Shown: positions 11,121 through 25,214 of the stretch, in pieces
Layout: each line of letters opens with the position of its first letter
Position numbering within the stretch: position 1 is the stretch's first letter
Assembly (NCBI RefSeq): GCF_964204645.1
Contig: NC_134033.1
Coordinates: 4,674,231-4,738,230 of the forward strand
From: Tubulanus polymorphus
Taxonomy: Eukaryota > Animalia > Nemertea
Reading direction: 5' to 3'
Length of the DNA: 64,000 bases
Position numbers and translations under genes: made by a program
Notes under the pieces: model-generated
What the model saw: only the letters and a program-made list of their open reading frames with translations
What the model was told of the DNA's origin: nothing
The model's database searches: none

Positions 11121-13195
11121 ATTTCAATAGCAGTAATCAGCTGGCTGTTTAATAGCGAGAGACACGCAGCCTCCCGTTATCTATACTCGTGTCATACATA
11201 ACCTGCAATCATCTGCACGACTGTATCGTATCGCTCATCTCCATCATGCAGTGCCAGAAATTACTTGCTGAAATACGTTTTATTCGATATCTCCGATGGA
11301 ATATGTTTTTTGCGAAAATAGCGGAACTCTATAAAACTACCAGAACAAGTCGTGGCTTTCCTCGACTGTTTGATAGGACAGTAATATTACTAGAGTTTGG
11401 AAAAGAAGGCGTAACTAGGTCATAACTAGGTGTCTAATGAAGACGGGACATGCATTTAGAAAAAGGGGACAATATATTCTGTTTTTATTTCATTTTTCAA
11501 ATCGAGAAGCCATGTGGTGACCCGACGTCCGGCGTCATTTGGCACACTGTGAACAATATACTTCGGTCAAAATATGTGCAAGAGTTGAACGCGGATATTT
11601 CCGACATATCTTCCGACGAATATTTTTCCGAGATAATTCGGTCTTCAACGAAAGTGACACAGGTTAATGGGATCGGCAGATCCCGACACAAGTAGGATAT
11701 TTCCTGCGCTCGATTGCTGTTGTAAAGCGATTTACATCGGATATAATCGAATATGAGCGGTTGTGTCCGACCAGTAACGATCGGGATTATTCAAATCCGA
11801 ATTTTGCCATTCCATGGCGTAGGCGTTTTCCGATTATCGCAGGGAAATTCCGATAAAAACCATTGGATATCTCAGAATGTTTGTCTCAAATAACCTGTTA
11901 AGTCAACATTTTCCAAAACAATGTCAATGTTGACCTGTAACAGGCTATCTGATTGCAACAGACATCCCGAGACTAAAAAGGAAAATATCTGCAACATATG
12001 TTATCAATGGGAAATCCGCGTGCAATAGATAAGCAAACGGATGAAGAGAAAGGTGAAAATGGTTAGATCAAAAATATCATCGGACCTTCCTGACCTGACC
12101 TTATCAGCCCTATGGGCGACAATTCCTTTCAAGGAGTCAAGAACGATATTGCCGCTAGATTTCCGGGCCTGTAGTCAGCCATGTCTTCGGAGGGTGGATT
12201 GTCACTGAATTGATCGACCTTTTATTTCTATGAAAGTTGAACCATTTGTAAGGTTAATTCCCACGTAAATTCCGGGTCCTGTGAGAACTTACGTAAACAA
12301 TTTTCTTTTCCAAATTGATAGAAGCAAATTGATAGGTAGTTTCACAACTTCTAGAATATTTGGGCTGAAGTTTTTCTTCTTTAACCAACAATTTTGCCAC
12401 CGATCAATTAAGTTTGTAAGCGTGCGCATATTATATAAACGAAAAAAAAACAACGAAAGAAAAGTTTTAGTAAATGAGTAAATTCAGTTGATGCCCGATA
12501 CTCCGTTACTTGTCTGAAGCAATTCATGTAAATCAAAACTTATCAAACTGTCTCGTCGTCGCTCTCTTGAACTGACCCGTTCCAACAACTGTTGTTAGCC
12601 AAGGCGAAGATAGAACCGTTTGTCCAGTTTCTCGACTAATTTGTGTCACTAATTTTCTGTCGCAGTCTCCTGCCTGACTAACTTGTGACTGACCTTGAAC
12701 TCGTGGATATAGGTGCTGCAGGTGACCTGATCAGAAAGCTGAGTTTTAGAGTGACCTGAAATATGTGTTTAAAGACGTAAGTTTTAGTATAGTATGTTCA
12801 TAAGTACAACATAAAACATTATAAGATTCGTAGAAGAAATAATAAGGCCGCGCAAAAAGATGACGACGGTCGAAGGATTTTATTTTTAACTCCCTTTTAA
12901 CCCTTTCAGTTCTGACTAATTAATACCCTATAGTGCTGGAGATAATTTGAAATTTTTTAGAAATTCCACCCTATTCTGTAGAATAACGGGAATACCACTA
13001 TTGTGCGTCTACACCGCGGTGCGGTGTATCGTTAGTTACTAGTATTTTACTATGTTTGACAGGTGTTGTCATTTTTCAAGATAGATAATTATTAATTATA
13101 TCAATACACCGCAGTGTGGTGTACTAGCAAAATCTATCACTGATTTATACACCATAGGGTTATCCCTTCTCTATGATAAGATAATTCGAATTTTC

Positions 13196-13510
13196 TTGCA
13201 AAGTTTATGGATTCAATGTTGTAACTTTGTTGGCGAATTCTTTGTAGATTTTGTAATTGATACCGTGTCAAAGAATCTGCCTTCGTCCGATATCAACCCA
13301 CTCGAACCAGTTACAACCACAGCGTCTGAAACTCACTGCGGTTTGAAATGTGTTTTGAATCGTGAATGTGATTTGTTCGTCATCAAACGACAAAATAACA
13401 TCGTCAAATGTCGTTTATATAATACAGATCTGATTGCCGTTGGTCAATGGCAACAAGCCACTGATGAAGTTATCTATAAAGATGAGTCTAGATTCAGACA
13501 CATCACATAA
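13196..13510 (+). CDS. PAN/apple-domain coding segment (exon or decayed small gene)
   Basis: PAN cysteine pattern HCGLKCVLNRECDLF...KCRLY. No in-frame ATG was found. Confidence 0.55.
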   Translation: MQSLWIQCCNFVGEFFVDFVIDTVSKNLPSSDINPLEPVTTTASETHCGLKCVLNRECDLFVIKRQNNIVKCRLYNTDLIAVGQWQQATDEVIYKDESRFRHIT

Positions 13511-16151
13511 GTCTAATAACGCATTTTGCTGATTGATTAACCGTGAAAGCTTCGATGTTAGCAAATCACGATAATTCAATATATGTCAATAATATAATGG
13601 AAATTATAGCGTTATCAAACGTAACATTTATTCAAATAGACAAAGCCAGGTTGCGACCAACTCGAGAGAGAAATACGTAACGCAATGTATTTTGATATTC
13701 TTATTCGATTCTTAATGAAGGATTCATTTTGTTGTCAATCTTTTTAATCTAGTGGCTTTTAATCTTTACTCTTTAAAACGATACTTTAATTCTTCAATAA
13801 ACTCCATAACATGTTTGAATCGAGTCTGTCGCGTGGGACGAAGCTATATCGGATATATACGCCTGTGAATTCGTGAAAAATCCAAAGCCAGAATGCGTAA
13901 TGTCTATTAATCTACGTCTGGGATCGTTTTTGGATATCGTTCGAACACATACCTCAGTTCGGTCTTTAATACGACCAGTGAAACAGTGCAGGGTAAATAA
14001 ACCATGGTTTTTTATATCCATTCTACAATACAGCATTGTTTAGATTAATTAAAGGCTTATCAGATGTAACATACAGAGAACACGTAGATGCGGTCTCACC
14101 TGACGCGGCACTGGCATGAGTACAGGCCCGATATACAAGTCACTGCGGAGGGTTCATCAGACAATGATGATCGTAGATTAATTGCCTACGTTTTATGATT
14201 TTCTGCAGAAGTAAATGAACAGGACCAAACAAAAAAACAAATTACTGATTTTGTACTTAAATATTCAAAAAGAGTAAATTATATTTCTATATAATTGAAA
14301 GATATTGTCTTGCTATATTCAAATTAAAGGAGAGAGTAGTTCACTATACACATAGAGAACCATTTGACAATGTTATTTACCATTTTCCGAGATATGGGTT
14401 CATGAAATAAATCTTGCGGGGCAGTATGATATACAGCTTCCGTGGTACATTGAACTTACCTATGTCTCAACATGCGTCGCACGTGTATTATATAAAAAGT
14501 CACAAAATTCTTTCTCCAGGCTACAGTGCGTAATTGGAGTCTGATCGTTGTAAAGCAGATGGTGGACTCGTGAAAAAAGTCATATTATTATAATATAACT
14601 TATAACTAATATTATTTAGTTTGTTTACGCAGCGATTGTATTCATTCTCAATTCTCGCATTAAGTTTCAAATGTACTGATTTAAAAAACCGTTTCAATAA
14701 ATGGTTATTAAAATCTGATGATTTCTGTGATATTTTGGCCATGCATCATTTTCCCTCGTTGGGTTGTCTCAAGTTACCCCGGTTACTTTGCCACAATTCT
14801 ACAAATTTCACCATACTGCTTCTGGACGGTATTTAAAGGTAAATGGTGTTGTTTCTCATAGACATATTAAATTGTAATTTTACTATCCTGCTTTAGTTTA
14901 TGCAAATTATCTAATATGGCGTATGGCGTATGTCTTAACCCTACTACCTTTCCGACTTCTGTAATTTCTATTTATGATTCATAGATTTATGCTCGATCGT
15001 TATCGTTGTACCGCAAGACATAGCACAAGGGGATTTTTTAGCATATTGAAAATATCTATTTCATTCAATTCATTTCATTTCAATTTAAGACATCGACAAA
15101 ATGGGGTTCCGGTATAAACACATTATTCGAAAATGGAATCTTAATGTTAACACTGATCGATACCCTGTTCATTCATTTCTTGCGCTTCTGCCATTCTGTC
15201 TCCCTTCATGGTCGTTGTGTGGCACGTAGGGGTTGAGGTCCGGAGGGAAAAAACCTGTCCCAGGCATATCAGCAAGAAGACTTGTAGAATAAGCACGGAT
15301 TAACAGTTTATTTAACATCAGTTTACATGTAGTAAATTTATATGAAACGCCGGAACTATCGAAAATGTGACTGGCAACTAGCAACTAGTAATAACTATAG
15401 TTGAAGAAAGGGAACCCACATTTATCAAACAGTGATTCACGATCAAGATTGACATAGGAGGAGAAAATATCCTTTCATCACGATACAGAATTATAGCTCA
15501 TTTGCTGTTTATTATCATGCATTACAACTTCGTGTTATTTTGAAGTAAATAGTCAAGCCATTCGTATCTTGTTTATCAATCCCACAATAACCGCTTTTCT
15601 GTTTGCAAAAAAAGCGTCATGGCGCATTCGGGTGGCTTGAGGAGTAATAGGTAAGGCGGATACGGGCGGCGTGCGTGCTTAAGTTGTAAGATTGGCTGTA
15701 GAACTAAGTTGGTCTTAGACTGGTCTTAAGTATAAGCCATGACTTTGCAACCGGCCCCTGATATACCACCATACCCGCTATACCGCCAAAATCGCTCTGC
15801 ACCGATGTTGGCGGTATATCGGGATTAACTATTAGATATCTATATCTATTTGAATACGTTATATATATCAATAGGAATATATATTTGATTATAACACTGA
15901 AAACCGGGAAAGACTACGTCTATTATGATATATCTATATTTGACCACGATGAATAAACGACTACACTGTATCAATTTGTTTCGAAGCTCTTTATCGGAGC
16001 GATATACTGCTCAACTTCTGCCGACGACAGAGACCCGTAAACCCACTAACCAGTGACGTCAGTCGTTTGTGTCTTGTTGCAAGACATTACTGACGTCACG
16101 TCGCAGTCGACCTGAACCCACCTACTGTATCTGATTCTCGATTATTTTCGC

Positions 16152-19100
16152 TTATTCGCTCGCTATTTTGGAGGCTTTAGAGGTTTGACCCAGTTTGAAT
16201 TCCGCTCGACACATATCGAACACTCGTTTGTTGACGATAAAAGCCAAGAAAACCAGACAACCTTGAGACGAGTTCAACAAATTGAAGAAATACCAAAGAT
16301 ATTCGTTATTTACGAACGACGCTACGAACCCGACCACCCACGTGACCCCGGTCACTAGAGCCATCCGGTAGAAAATGAATGTGGTCGTCCTCTTCTGTTC
16401 GGCGTTAGATGAAGAAGTGGACACCGCGGAAAATGAACGTTGAATGCGGCAAACTGTAGCTACGAATAGAATTATACTGACCAGATCGATAATACCGATC
16501 GGTAGAACGAACGCCATCAATAGGGCGAAACTGGAACTAAACCAACAAGTCACGGGGCTTCCGTAAACCGCACCGGAGTACTGAGTGGTATCGGTGTTGT
16601 GTAGGACGACACAGGGTCCGACAATGAGGAATGGAGAAAGCCAAACTGATAGTAGATAGTACAGTAACGTCTTAGGAGAATCGACCAGTTTACGAATCGT
16701 GGAAAATGTAAGGAACATGTGAATAGAAACAGCGGCCATAGAAGCGAAAACAACTATCCAAATATAGTGTTTAACAGCGGCCATCGACACGCATAGTAAT
16801 CGATTATCAACGCCGACCAGGCTGGAAATATGAAGAGTTTGAGCCACGGCGAGAGTTATACAGAGATTGATGATGAGTTTACCGGGTAGAGTTCGCAGAT
16901 CGGGAATATTCAAATAGATTACGACCGTTATCACGAGACTGACGAAGGACAGACAGCTACAGGTGAAGGTTATCAGAAAATCGTGATCGGAAAATAACGA
17001 ACTGACCGTTATTTTGAATTTCGAATCGTTTTCTCGTCTGCAAACCATGACTCCTGTACTAGAATACACTCGCACGCAGTCGGTGATTTTAGTGGAACAT
17101 TTACTAGATTTTACTGTTTTCATTTTCCCGTCGACGCTGGTAATTTGAAAAATTTTGTAATATTTGAAAGACGTGTTGGACTGGGCTAGAAATAAGCTAC
17201 TTCCGGTTTGGGTCATATCATTTGATACGTCTGTCTCTGCATCGATGACGTCACAGTGAGTATTCTTAGTCAAACTCGTAGTCGACAACTCGTAACCGGA
17301 AATGGTCACCAGACTGCCATCTTTACCAAATTGACACGTGATCATCGCCTCGTATTCGCCCAAGATTGATTCCATAGTGACGTCACCGATAATCCCTTCG
17401 TGATTGGTCAGCGTGAACTGACGTCTGTAGGAAGATGAATCGTTGAGTAAAGATGATAAACTTCCTATTTCTGTAATCTTTGATTTATCGACATCACCGC
17501 AGCCGTTCACTTTGAAATACAACACGTCATACTTGAATGTGTCCATACCTAATCGCTGAGTTTCGTTAAACCTGATAGAAAAAGAGAAATAAACGCCTAC
17601 AGATATGCTAGGCCATTCGTTCTCAACAAGCCGGCAGACGGCGTTGTCTTCGCCGGTATCAAGAAGTCGGTAACCCCGTAAACAGCCGTATCCGCGACAT
17701 CTACGCGTCTCCTGGTCGAATATTTCGTTCGTTTCCGAGCAGAGAAAGTCTTTCGGCGCCCACGAGATGACGGGCATTCCCGCAGTTCGAAATTCTACGC
17801 CGTTCGCGAGACTGAAATCGAGTAAGATGTTCAAACCGAATGTTTTTTGGCCGGTTTGACCATAGTTACAAACTAAGGTCGTTTCGTTTAAAACGCTGTC
17901 ACTCAGTTCACATTTCATACAGTAATAATTACGGTATGTTTTCACCCGTCCACCGATTACAGCTGATATCGGGTTAAAAACCCGTCCGCATTTAGACCTT
18001 AGGTCTTGATCTACTGACTCGTCGCAGTGTGACCTCAGGGGTAGGTTACTGCGCACGCACGGCTGTAATACCATTCGAACTCTCCTTTGATGCTCGTAGG
18101 ATAAACGACAATCTTCGGGCAGCCGAACTTTCGCGGCATCGTCGCTTAAAGACTTGTTGCGCACGCTCGTGATGACGTCATCTATTTGTGTGGTGTTAGT
18201 GCACTGCAGTACGAGACTAGCCGGTTTGTATTGAGTGTCGTTGAACCCATGACACATTGCGCAATACATATTCTTAAACGGAATCCAGTCAGCGATGTAG
18301 ACGGGAATCGTCGTAGCTAAATTACTGGACGGCGATTCGCAATAGCGACGCACGTCTGAATTCAAGTCGAAATCACTCGGGCACCGACTGATCGCTATAA
18401 AACCCTTTGACTGATACGTCTCGATTCCGATTCCGTATATACAGTCGGTCCATTGAACTTGTCGCGTCATTTTGTTTCGTCTCAATTCGTCCGCGTCGCT
18501 TCTTATGACGCACTTTCCAATCAGGTCACAACAGTTGTTAAACATTCCGCAAGTACATAAATCAGACAAACAACCCGTGACTGGACAAACTCGAACTAAG
18601 TCTCCATGTTCATCTATTTTCCTTGATGCCACTTTGTAATCTCCGATCAATTGGTTGTTTTTGATGTCGCCGCTTCCGGGAATTTTACGGCCAGGCATCC
18701 CACGTGAGTTAACCGTTATTCCAGATTCAGGGAACCGTCTACTCGGCATTCCAGATTCGGGAAATCGTTGGGAGGCGATGAAATGATCTGAAATGATTAG
18801 GCAGCATTTAGTTTTCTTTCGATAAACTACTTAAACGGACCCTCTTTTTCTCCCTGCCCCTTGCCACTTCAGCCGCGATGACACAAGCGTTTTTCGTTCG
18901 GAAAAAAAAACTTGAGCGAATTTGCCAAATCTTACTTAAAATTCAAAGAAATTACAATTCCTCAAACCCGTGATAAAGGACTTGAGCCGCGAATATCAGG
19001 CTTCTTAGTAAATGTAAGGGTTCCCGTGTGGATGTTTCTATTAATCGCAAGAAGCTGCAAGCCTCAGAATCCACACCAAAAATGACCTTTTTTTGGGCAC

Positions 19101-20806
19101 GAGAAACGTTGCAAGACGACAATCTTGTGCCATGTGGATACAATTTTTCTGATGGCAAATAATACGTAACATAGGCCTACATGTGAAACATGAAGGTTAG
19201 ATAGTACAAGTCAAAGTTCAACTTCAGATTTATTTTAACGGAAAGCACACGACAGGCTAAACACAGATATTAAGAGAAAAAAAAAGAAACAAACTATTTT
19301 AAATTTACATTTTCCAACAAGCACAACTATAAAAAGAGAGAAAAAGAGTCTATGAGGGCCAAGCAAAAATATTTCGAGGTTAGTTCCGAGTTTGCAACTG
19401 GGAATAAACTAGTTTTCTCAGTTAAAAGCGATTTTTGGAGGTTAATTCCGAGTTTGTAAGTCGGAATAAACTAAATCACACATTTAATTGAGAAAACTAG
19501 TTTATTCCGAGTTACAAAGTCAGAACTAACCTCGAAAATTGCATTTAACCGAGAGAAACCAGAGAAGAGTAAAAAAGACAATGAAGATCATCAGGAGGTT
19601 GAGAATGTAAGTGATTTGGGAACAGTTGTTAAAGTAAAAGGTTATCGCAGAGGATGGGAATTTGATTAACTGGAATTGAGAATTTAATTTCATTTTGCGC
19701 GATTGCAAGGGTGTTATGTTATTTCACTTAACTGGGGATGAACGTAAATACATCTTCCACAATTGAATAACGACAAATTATGACAAGTCAAAGTTGTCAC
19801 ATGAGGTGTGGCCTATTGCACTGTGATATACACCAATGTGTTAGACATACACCTATGTGTTAGATGATTTATGAAATAATAATGCATGAAATTGAAAGGT
19901 TCAATTAAAACCTAGGTTCAATTAAAACCTAGACCCTTCGGAACGCCCTGATCTCCGTGAGAAAATGCACAGATTCCCTGATTTTCCGGCAGGGAATTTG
20001 AAATCCTGAATTCCCCGATTTCCCTAGATCCGCAGGAATCCCTGTTACCAATCACGCGATCCTTCAATACCTCGTAAAGTGGTTTTTCAGAACGATTTGC
20101 ATTCAAAAGATTACAACAAGATTACAAGCGAAATATCGATCTCAGGAACGATCAAACAAACAAATATAAAACTTTGAGCCTTCAAAAAGAACTAGGTTTT
20201 CTCTGTTTTAAAGATAATTTTTCAGAAAAAAAATTTTTCTTGATATTTCGTTCGTAATTTTAGATCAAGCGACTTGCAAAAAAGTTATAGTTTTAGTTTC
20301 TCCCGCGTTGGTTCAATTCATCACAATAATTTACCCCTTTTAGATTTTTCTTAACATTTTCTTATCATTCGTTTCTCCCATTTGTATAATGAAACGCCTC
20401 AAATACAAAATCCTTTATTTTTCAATCCTTTCCCTGAATTCCTTCGGTGTTTTAAAAATCGGGAATTTAATCAATCAAGAAATCAAAAGAACGCAACGTT
20501 TCGATCTCGCCCTAGAGATCATCACCAGGCGTTCTGACACCTGGCGATGATCTCTAGCTAGGGCGAGATCGAAACGTTGTCTTCTTCTAATTATTTGTTT
20601 AGATAAATTCCCGATTTTTAAAACACTTTCCACCTGTACATAGAGGGTTTTTATCGCACTATTTTGTAACACAGTGTGAAAAAGGCTGATATATGCGAAT
20701 CTCTAAATCGTAAACTTTCCCCGCAAGAAACTAACGAAATAGTGTTTGACCTACCGGTGCAGACGATCAGTAGAAGAAATCGATTTACGAAGGATTGGCG
20801 CGACAT
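16152..20806 (-). CDS. Secretin-family (adhesion/methuselah-like) GPCR; two exons, 20806-20755 and 18787-16152
   Basis: 7tm_2-type motifs LRTLPGK, KHYIW, CW, GVTWVVGF and NSSQG. The Cys-rich ectodomain has two (F/Y)xNxYCxxC repeats. Exon 1 encodes the signal-like MSRQSFVNRFLLLIVCT with a phase-1 donor G|gtaggt; a matching phase-1 acceptor tttcag|at restores the frame. Confidence 0.85.
19330..20600. repeat. Dispersed repeat, copy 1 (intronic); homologous to 45897-46730
   Basis: Colinear shared blocks such as gtcacatgaggtgtggcctattgcactgtgatatacacc and gaacgccctgatctccgtga. Confidence 0.8.
20494..20579. repeat. Inverted pair of minimal hammerhead-like motifs (Penelope-type relic)
   Basis: Arms 20494-20529 and 20540-20579 are reverse complements apart from a 4-nt insertion and one mismatch. 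Each reads CTGG(T/C)GA-tgatctc...gagatc-GAAACGTT. Confidence 0.5.
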
Positions 20807-20977
20807 CTCAAAACCGATGCAGAAATAACACAACTCGATTGGCAACTCGTTAATGAGATCGAGTAGTACGACTTTTGCCCTTTTATACGGTTAGATATCG
20901 TAACCTGTAATTATCTTTACAGATATGACAGGCTGTTCGCGAGGCATAATAACAGCAATATCCAGTATGATGATGAG

Positions 20978-21270
20978 AATAATAATAATATGTGTCTTTT
21001 ATAGCGCTAAATCTAGCTCGGAGCGCTTTACATTTTTTCGTATTAATACTTCAACCATGATTTTAATACCCTCACATATATCAGTAATCTCTCCCTGGGG
21101 AGCAATAGCCGGAGTCATCTATCAGGCCAGATACCCATTTTCTCCTGGGTGGACAGTGGCAATGAGAATAAGTGTCTTGCCCGAAGACACTGCGGTAATG
21201 TACGGGGTTCGAAACCACGACCTGGCTTCCCTGATCAGCCGAACGCTCTAACCGCTCCGCGCTCCACACC
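20978..21270 (-). mobile_element. tRNA-derived SINE with conserved central domain and L2-type tail
   Basis: A-box-like gcggagcggttagagc and B-box gtttcgaacc. Central gtgtcttcgggcaagacactt and tccacccagg...aatgggta. Tail tgtaaagcgct...tagcgctataaa followed by (att)n. Confidence 0.8.
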
Positions 21271-22154
21271 GAGGCGTGGATATAGAAGTCCATCATATCG
21301 AGTGCCCATACTTTAATTTTCGAATACCATCGAGCTAGGGCTCTGGACGTATCGGCCCCACTCCGCGCGGTGGCGCCACCCCATGGGATTTACGTGAAGC
21401 AGCAGAACACAAACACGGCCATTCTCTCAATTTTCAATGATAGAAATCGTGTGTGTATTTCAATTATTTCGGCTGTTAGGGTTTTAAGGCACAATATAAA
21501 ATGATGATGTGATATGGCGATGTTAATTAATGATAATTCCGCAGTGAAGCTAGTCACGAACGGTTCCGATTGAGTGTACAGCTGCCAAAAACACTGAAAT
21601 GTGCGTAGTTGCGTAACTATTTGCAGTGAATTGCAGACGAAACATGAAGCCTTAACGGCCGTTTAAAAAAAAATTATACCAATCGCAATTGTAAAATAAA
21701 AATGAGATAGAACAAGGCCTTCCCAAATAAAAAGGGAATTTCTTTTTAGTTCCCTTTTTAGTCCTAATTCCTGCAATATGAATATAAACACAGAATACAC
21801 TTCTGCAGCCAAAAACAACTGAATCGCGAAGACTATAGAGTGAAAATGTCATTTATCAGTTCACATATGAAGTGGATATATCAGATATTCAACCAGTCCC
21901 CAGTAAATGATATCATCACAAGACGAATTCTGGGAACAGTTTGCAATAGATTCAATTAAACTTTTATCACTGAAATCAAAAATAATTCAAACTATTTGCA
22001 ATAGACTATCAACTAATGACTAATCACGTGTCCAAATTGATTCAAGTTGAGAGCAGTTTCACTGTGGTAGAATGCGGAACATTTTTAACAGAATTTCTGG
22101 GCAGATCAATTTCACGATCTAGCATTAAAACGTCAAACAATATTGACTTGAAGC

Positions 22155-22480
22155 TAATTGAGTCTCAGGACGCATTTTCAAAAATTAGTTCGAGGTATTA
22201 TTTGTATCGGGTCTTAAAACATGCATTTTAGGAATTGCGATATTGATATGAGAAAATATAAGAAATTAGAATCGAGTCTAGAGACTCATTTTTGTATCTA
22301 CTTTTCTAAATTGCGTCCTAGGACTCATTCATCGTTAGATTCGAGTCTTGAGACTCATTTTTAGTATCTGATTTACAAAATTGCGTCCTAGGACTTCAGG
22401 ATTTCTTTTAGATTTAAGACGCATTCTAAAACGTTCATTGAAGATTGATAATCTGTATATTTGAGTCCTCAGCTCATTTG
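22155..22480. repeat. Degenerate repeat with direct and inverted gagtc...gactc units (MITE-like)
   Basis: Near-duplicate blocks at 22270-22328 and 22340-22397, with inverted tgagtctcaggacgca at ~22160. Confidence 0.45.
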
Positions 22481-22616
22481 AGCCGCGGATGAAAAACCAG
22501 TTTAAAAAGCCACCATGGTTTAGGAAATACATGTATGATAAATAATCAAGCTTAATAGATACTTTTAAAACTAAGAATTGGGTATCCAAAAACAGCAGAT
22601 CTTCTGGTGAAAGTAG

Positions 22617-22838
22617 TTTACAAACGTTCTGACCGCGCACTAACGACGGATAGTTCGGTGAAACGATGTAACCAGATGTAGAATCGACGGAGTATTGAGT
22701 ACTGTTACAAGACGAACTGACTGTAACAGACGCGGCTTCCTCGACAGAGTTTGCGCGATCAGCCCGCGTAAATATACAGTCTCCGCAAGCGATCAGTAAA
22801 ACTACGAACATCGCTTTTATTCGCTGCATACTGAACAC
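22617..22838 (-). CDS. Signal peptide plus the start of a CUB domain (orphan exon or truncated gene)
   Basis: Hydrophobic MFVVLLIACG leader followed by C...SGYIVSPNYPS...NVC. The ORF beyond ~22617 runs into repeat sequence. Confidence 0.55.
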
Positions 22839-23234
22839 AATACACGCTTCAAAACAATCACATTTCTAACTAACCTAAGTTAAAATTCTGGCCATTTCTA
22901 AAATGTTATTGATTATTATTACTAATTTTTAGTCAGTGCGAAACGTTTAGTTTTCCAACAATAATGAGGGGTGGTAGGTAGTCATGCAATTCAAGTCATC
23001 ATTTATTACACGTTACTTCCGTGTTGTTGAAAATCTCGCGAGTCCTGGACTAAACCCCAATGAACAATGTGATCTGTGTGCTGGCCACCAAAATGCACAC
23101 AGATCACACTACACTACCCATTACACACTCCAGTACCCACAGCTTTCATATATCCATCCAAATATTTAGTGGCTTTCTTCCTGGATCTGCCGTTGATAGT
23201 AACTATAGGAGTTATGCTCCGTTGCGGGAGATCT

Positions 23235-24027
23235 CTATTTCGCAGCGCAACAAGCTGAAGCGCAAACACCGCCACACATAACAAGAATTTCGCGTCCGAA
23301 ATAAATATACAGATACAAATTCATGGAGTAATTCATTGACTGTATTAGCGCACTTAACTGATAGGGGAAATCTTGAGTCTGATTTACACCGGTTATTAGA
23401 TAAATCAGGACCAGTATGATGCATAGTGGGATTGAAGTCACGATAAAGAAGACTCAGACCGAAGCCACCATTATCGTGGTAACAACCGTGTATATCGTCA
23501 TAACTGTTAACGGTCAATAGAAACAGACTTATGCCGGCGCAGATGACGAACGTTAAAAACGCCGTTAATGAAGTCTTAGTCGGTGTCCAAAAACTGGGAC
23601 CCGAAAACGGAAATCGGATGATACAAAGACGCTCGACCCCGATCATAATCAGGAGACTGGGTCCGTAGCAAGAGGTGGTGTTGTTGTAGAACTGTTGACC
23701 CGCGCAGAGGAACCAGGAGTTCACGGGTATACAAATCGAGCCGTTGATATGGAAACACAACGTGTTCACTAACGTCCACATGTGAGTCGTCAGAAATATA
23801 AAATCGGAAATCGCGAGCGCGATGAAAAAACGACTGTACGATAGACGGCGTAGTTTACGCGTGGACATTACGAAAACGATCAACACATTGCCGACCGAAC
23901 CAAGAGAAAGAACCGTGAACTGATTGGCGTAATAGAACCATCTGTAGATCGGATATTTGGAGACGATAACCGGGTGCAGAATCGTCTTCGTGTAGCAGAT
24001 AGGATGCGGGTAAACAGTAGCATTCAT
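23235..24027 (-). pseudogene. Class A GPCR with TM5/ICL3 deleted and a frameshift
   Basis: GSVGN, LAISD and GVERLCIIRFP are present. Near 23450 the start of TM5 is joined out of frame to TM6-TM7 (FIVTSIP...NYSMNLYLYIYFGREI). Confidence 0.8.
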
Positions 24028-25214
24028 TCGCGTGATCGATGTTTTTAGAGAGACCTGCTGATGACGGCTTAGGTGAAACGGCTTTTGTCGATTTTTCGCG
24101 TCTCATTCTTGTCAATATCTTGTCAATATTTAGGGTTTTCTGTTTCTTCACAGAAAACCCTATTGAGATTCGCGTGATTATTGTTTTTTCCCTTTTCCAC
24201 ACAGTTTTTGTTAAAAGTGTAAAGGCTTCCTTACCTTACCGCTGTCGCCGATACAATCCGTATGATATCCTTCAGCTCACTTCAATCTCCAGATACTGCA
24301 TGGGAATTTTGATAAATCCACGTTATAAAGGCACTGTCGATCCGTAAACATCGGAAACCCCGTTCAATTAGTAGCCATGTTGTGTTTTCTTCCGACATTT
24401 CTCTCTTCTTTTTGAGGAAGAGCTATCGAAGCCGATCAGCGCCGACCAGCGCCTACCAGATATGAGAAGCTTACTAAAACGGATAACAAATTCTTAAATT
24501 TTAAGTACTTTTATTTTTCATCTATTTAAACACGGTTGATTGTTTTGATCGTTAGAACCTTAGTGTCATCAAAAACGAGTACGGTAGAGCTTCACATTTG
24601 CAAAGAAAATATTTATTTAACGTTTTTTATTGAATTATTAATTACAAATATATACTAATATACAAATCTACAAGTAAGTCATCATCTTCTTTATATTTTA
24701 AACTGAACGCAGGAGAAACTGAAACTAATATCGCACTTTTTAATTATCGGCTATTGTTTTTTGTTGATAATTATCAAATTATTTTGTATGTCGAACGGAA
24801 GAACGCCGCACGCATGCGCAACGCTTACGAACAAAGTTCCCGCGACAGATCACGTGTTTATGAGGAGAGAATGAGCGCTCAGAGTCACTCGACCTCACAA
24901 CCTGCGGATCATCAACCCCCTAGTACCGTGTCTTACCTACAGCGCCTCCTAGGGGAATATCCATCATATAACCTATCATCCGCCATCTTAGCACGTGAAC
25001 TCATCAAACTTGAAAGAAGTGAATTAAATCATAGTTCAAACTCGTGTTAGGTCATTTCATTGGATAAGTCGTTACATTTACATTGAAGGAGTCATCTCTA
25101 TTTGTGAGTCCCAATTTGTAGACCTATTTCTAATTCAATTAATTTGAAGTCGTGATTTAGTTGAGTTGATCGATTAAACGACATTGAATTTTAAAACCTC
25201 TTACTTTAATCTTA

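Noticed and set aside
12897-13130. TTAA-CCCTTT piggyBac-like terminus
   Set aside because: No matching opposite end was found.
24050-24095. CTGATGA...GAAA hammerhead-like motif upstream of a GPCR
   Set aside because: Stems I and II do not pair.
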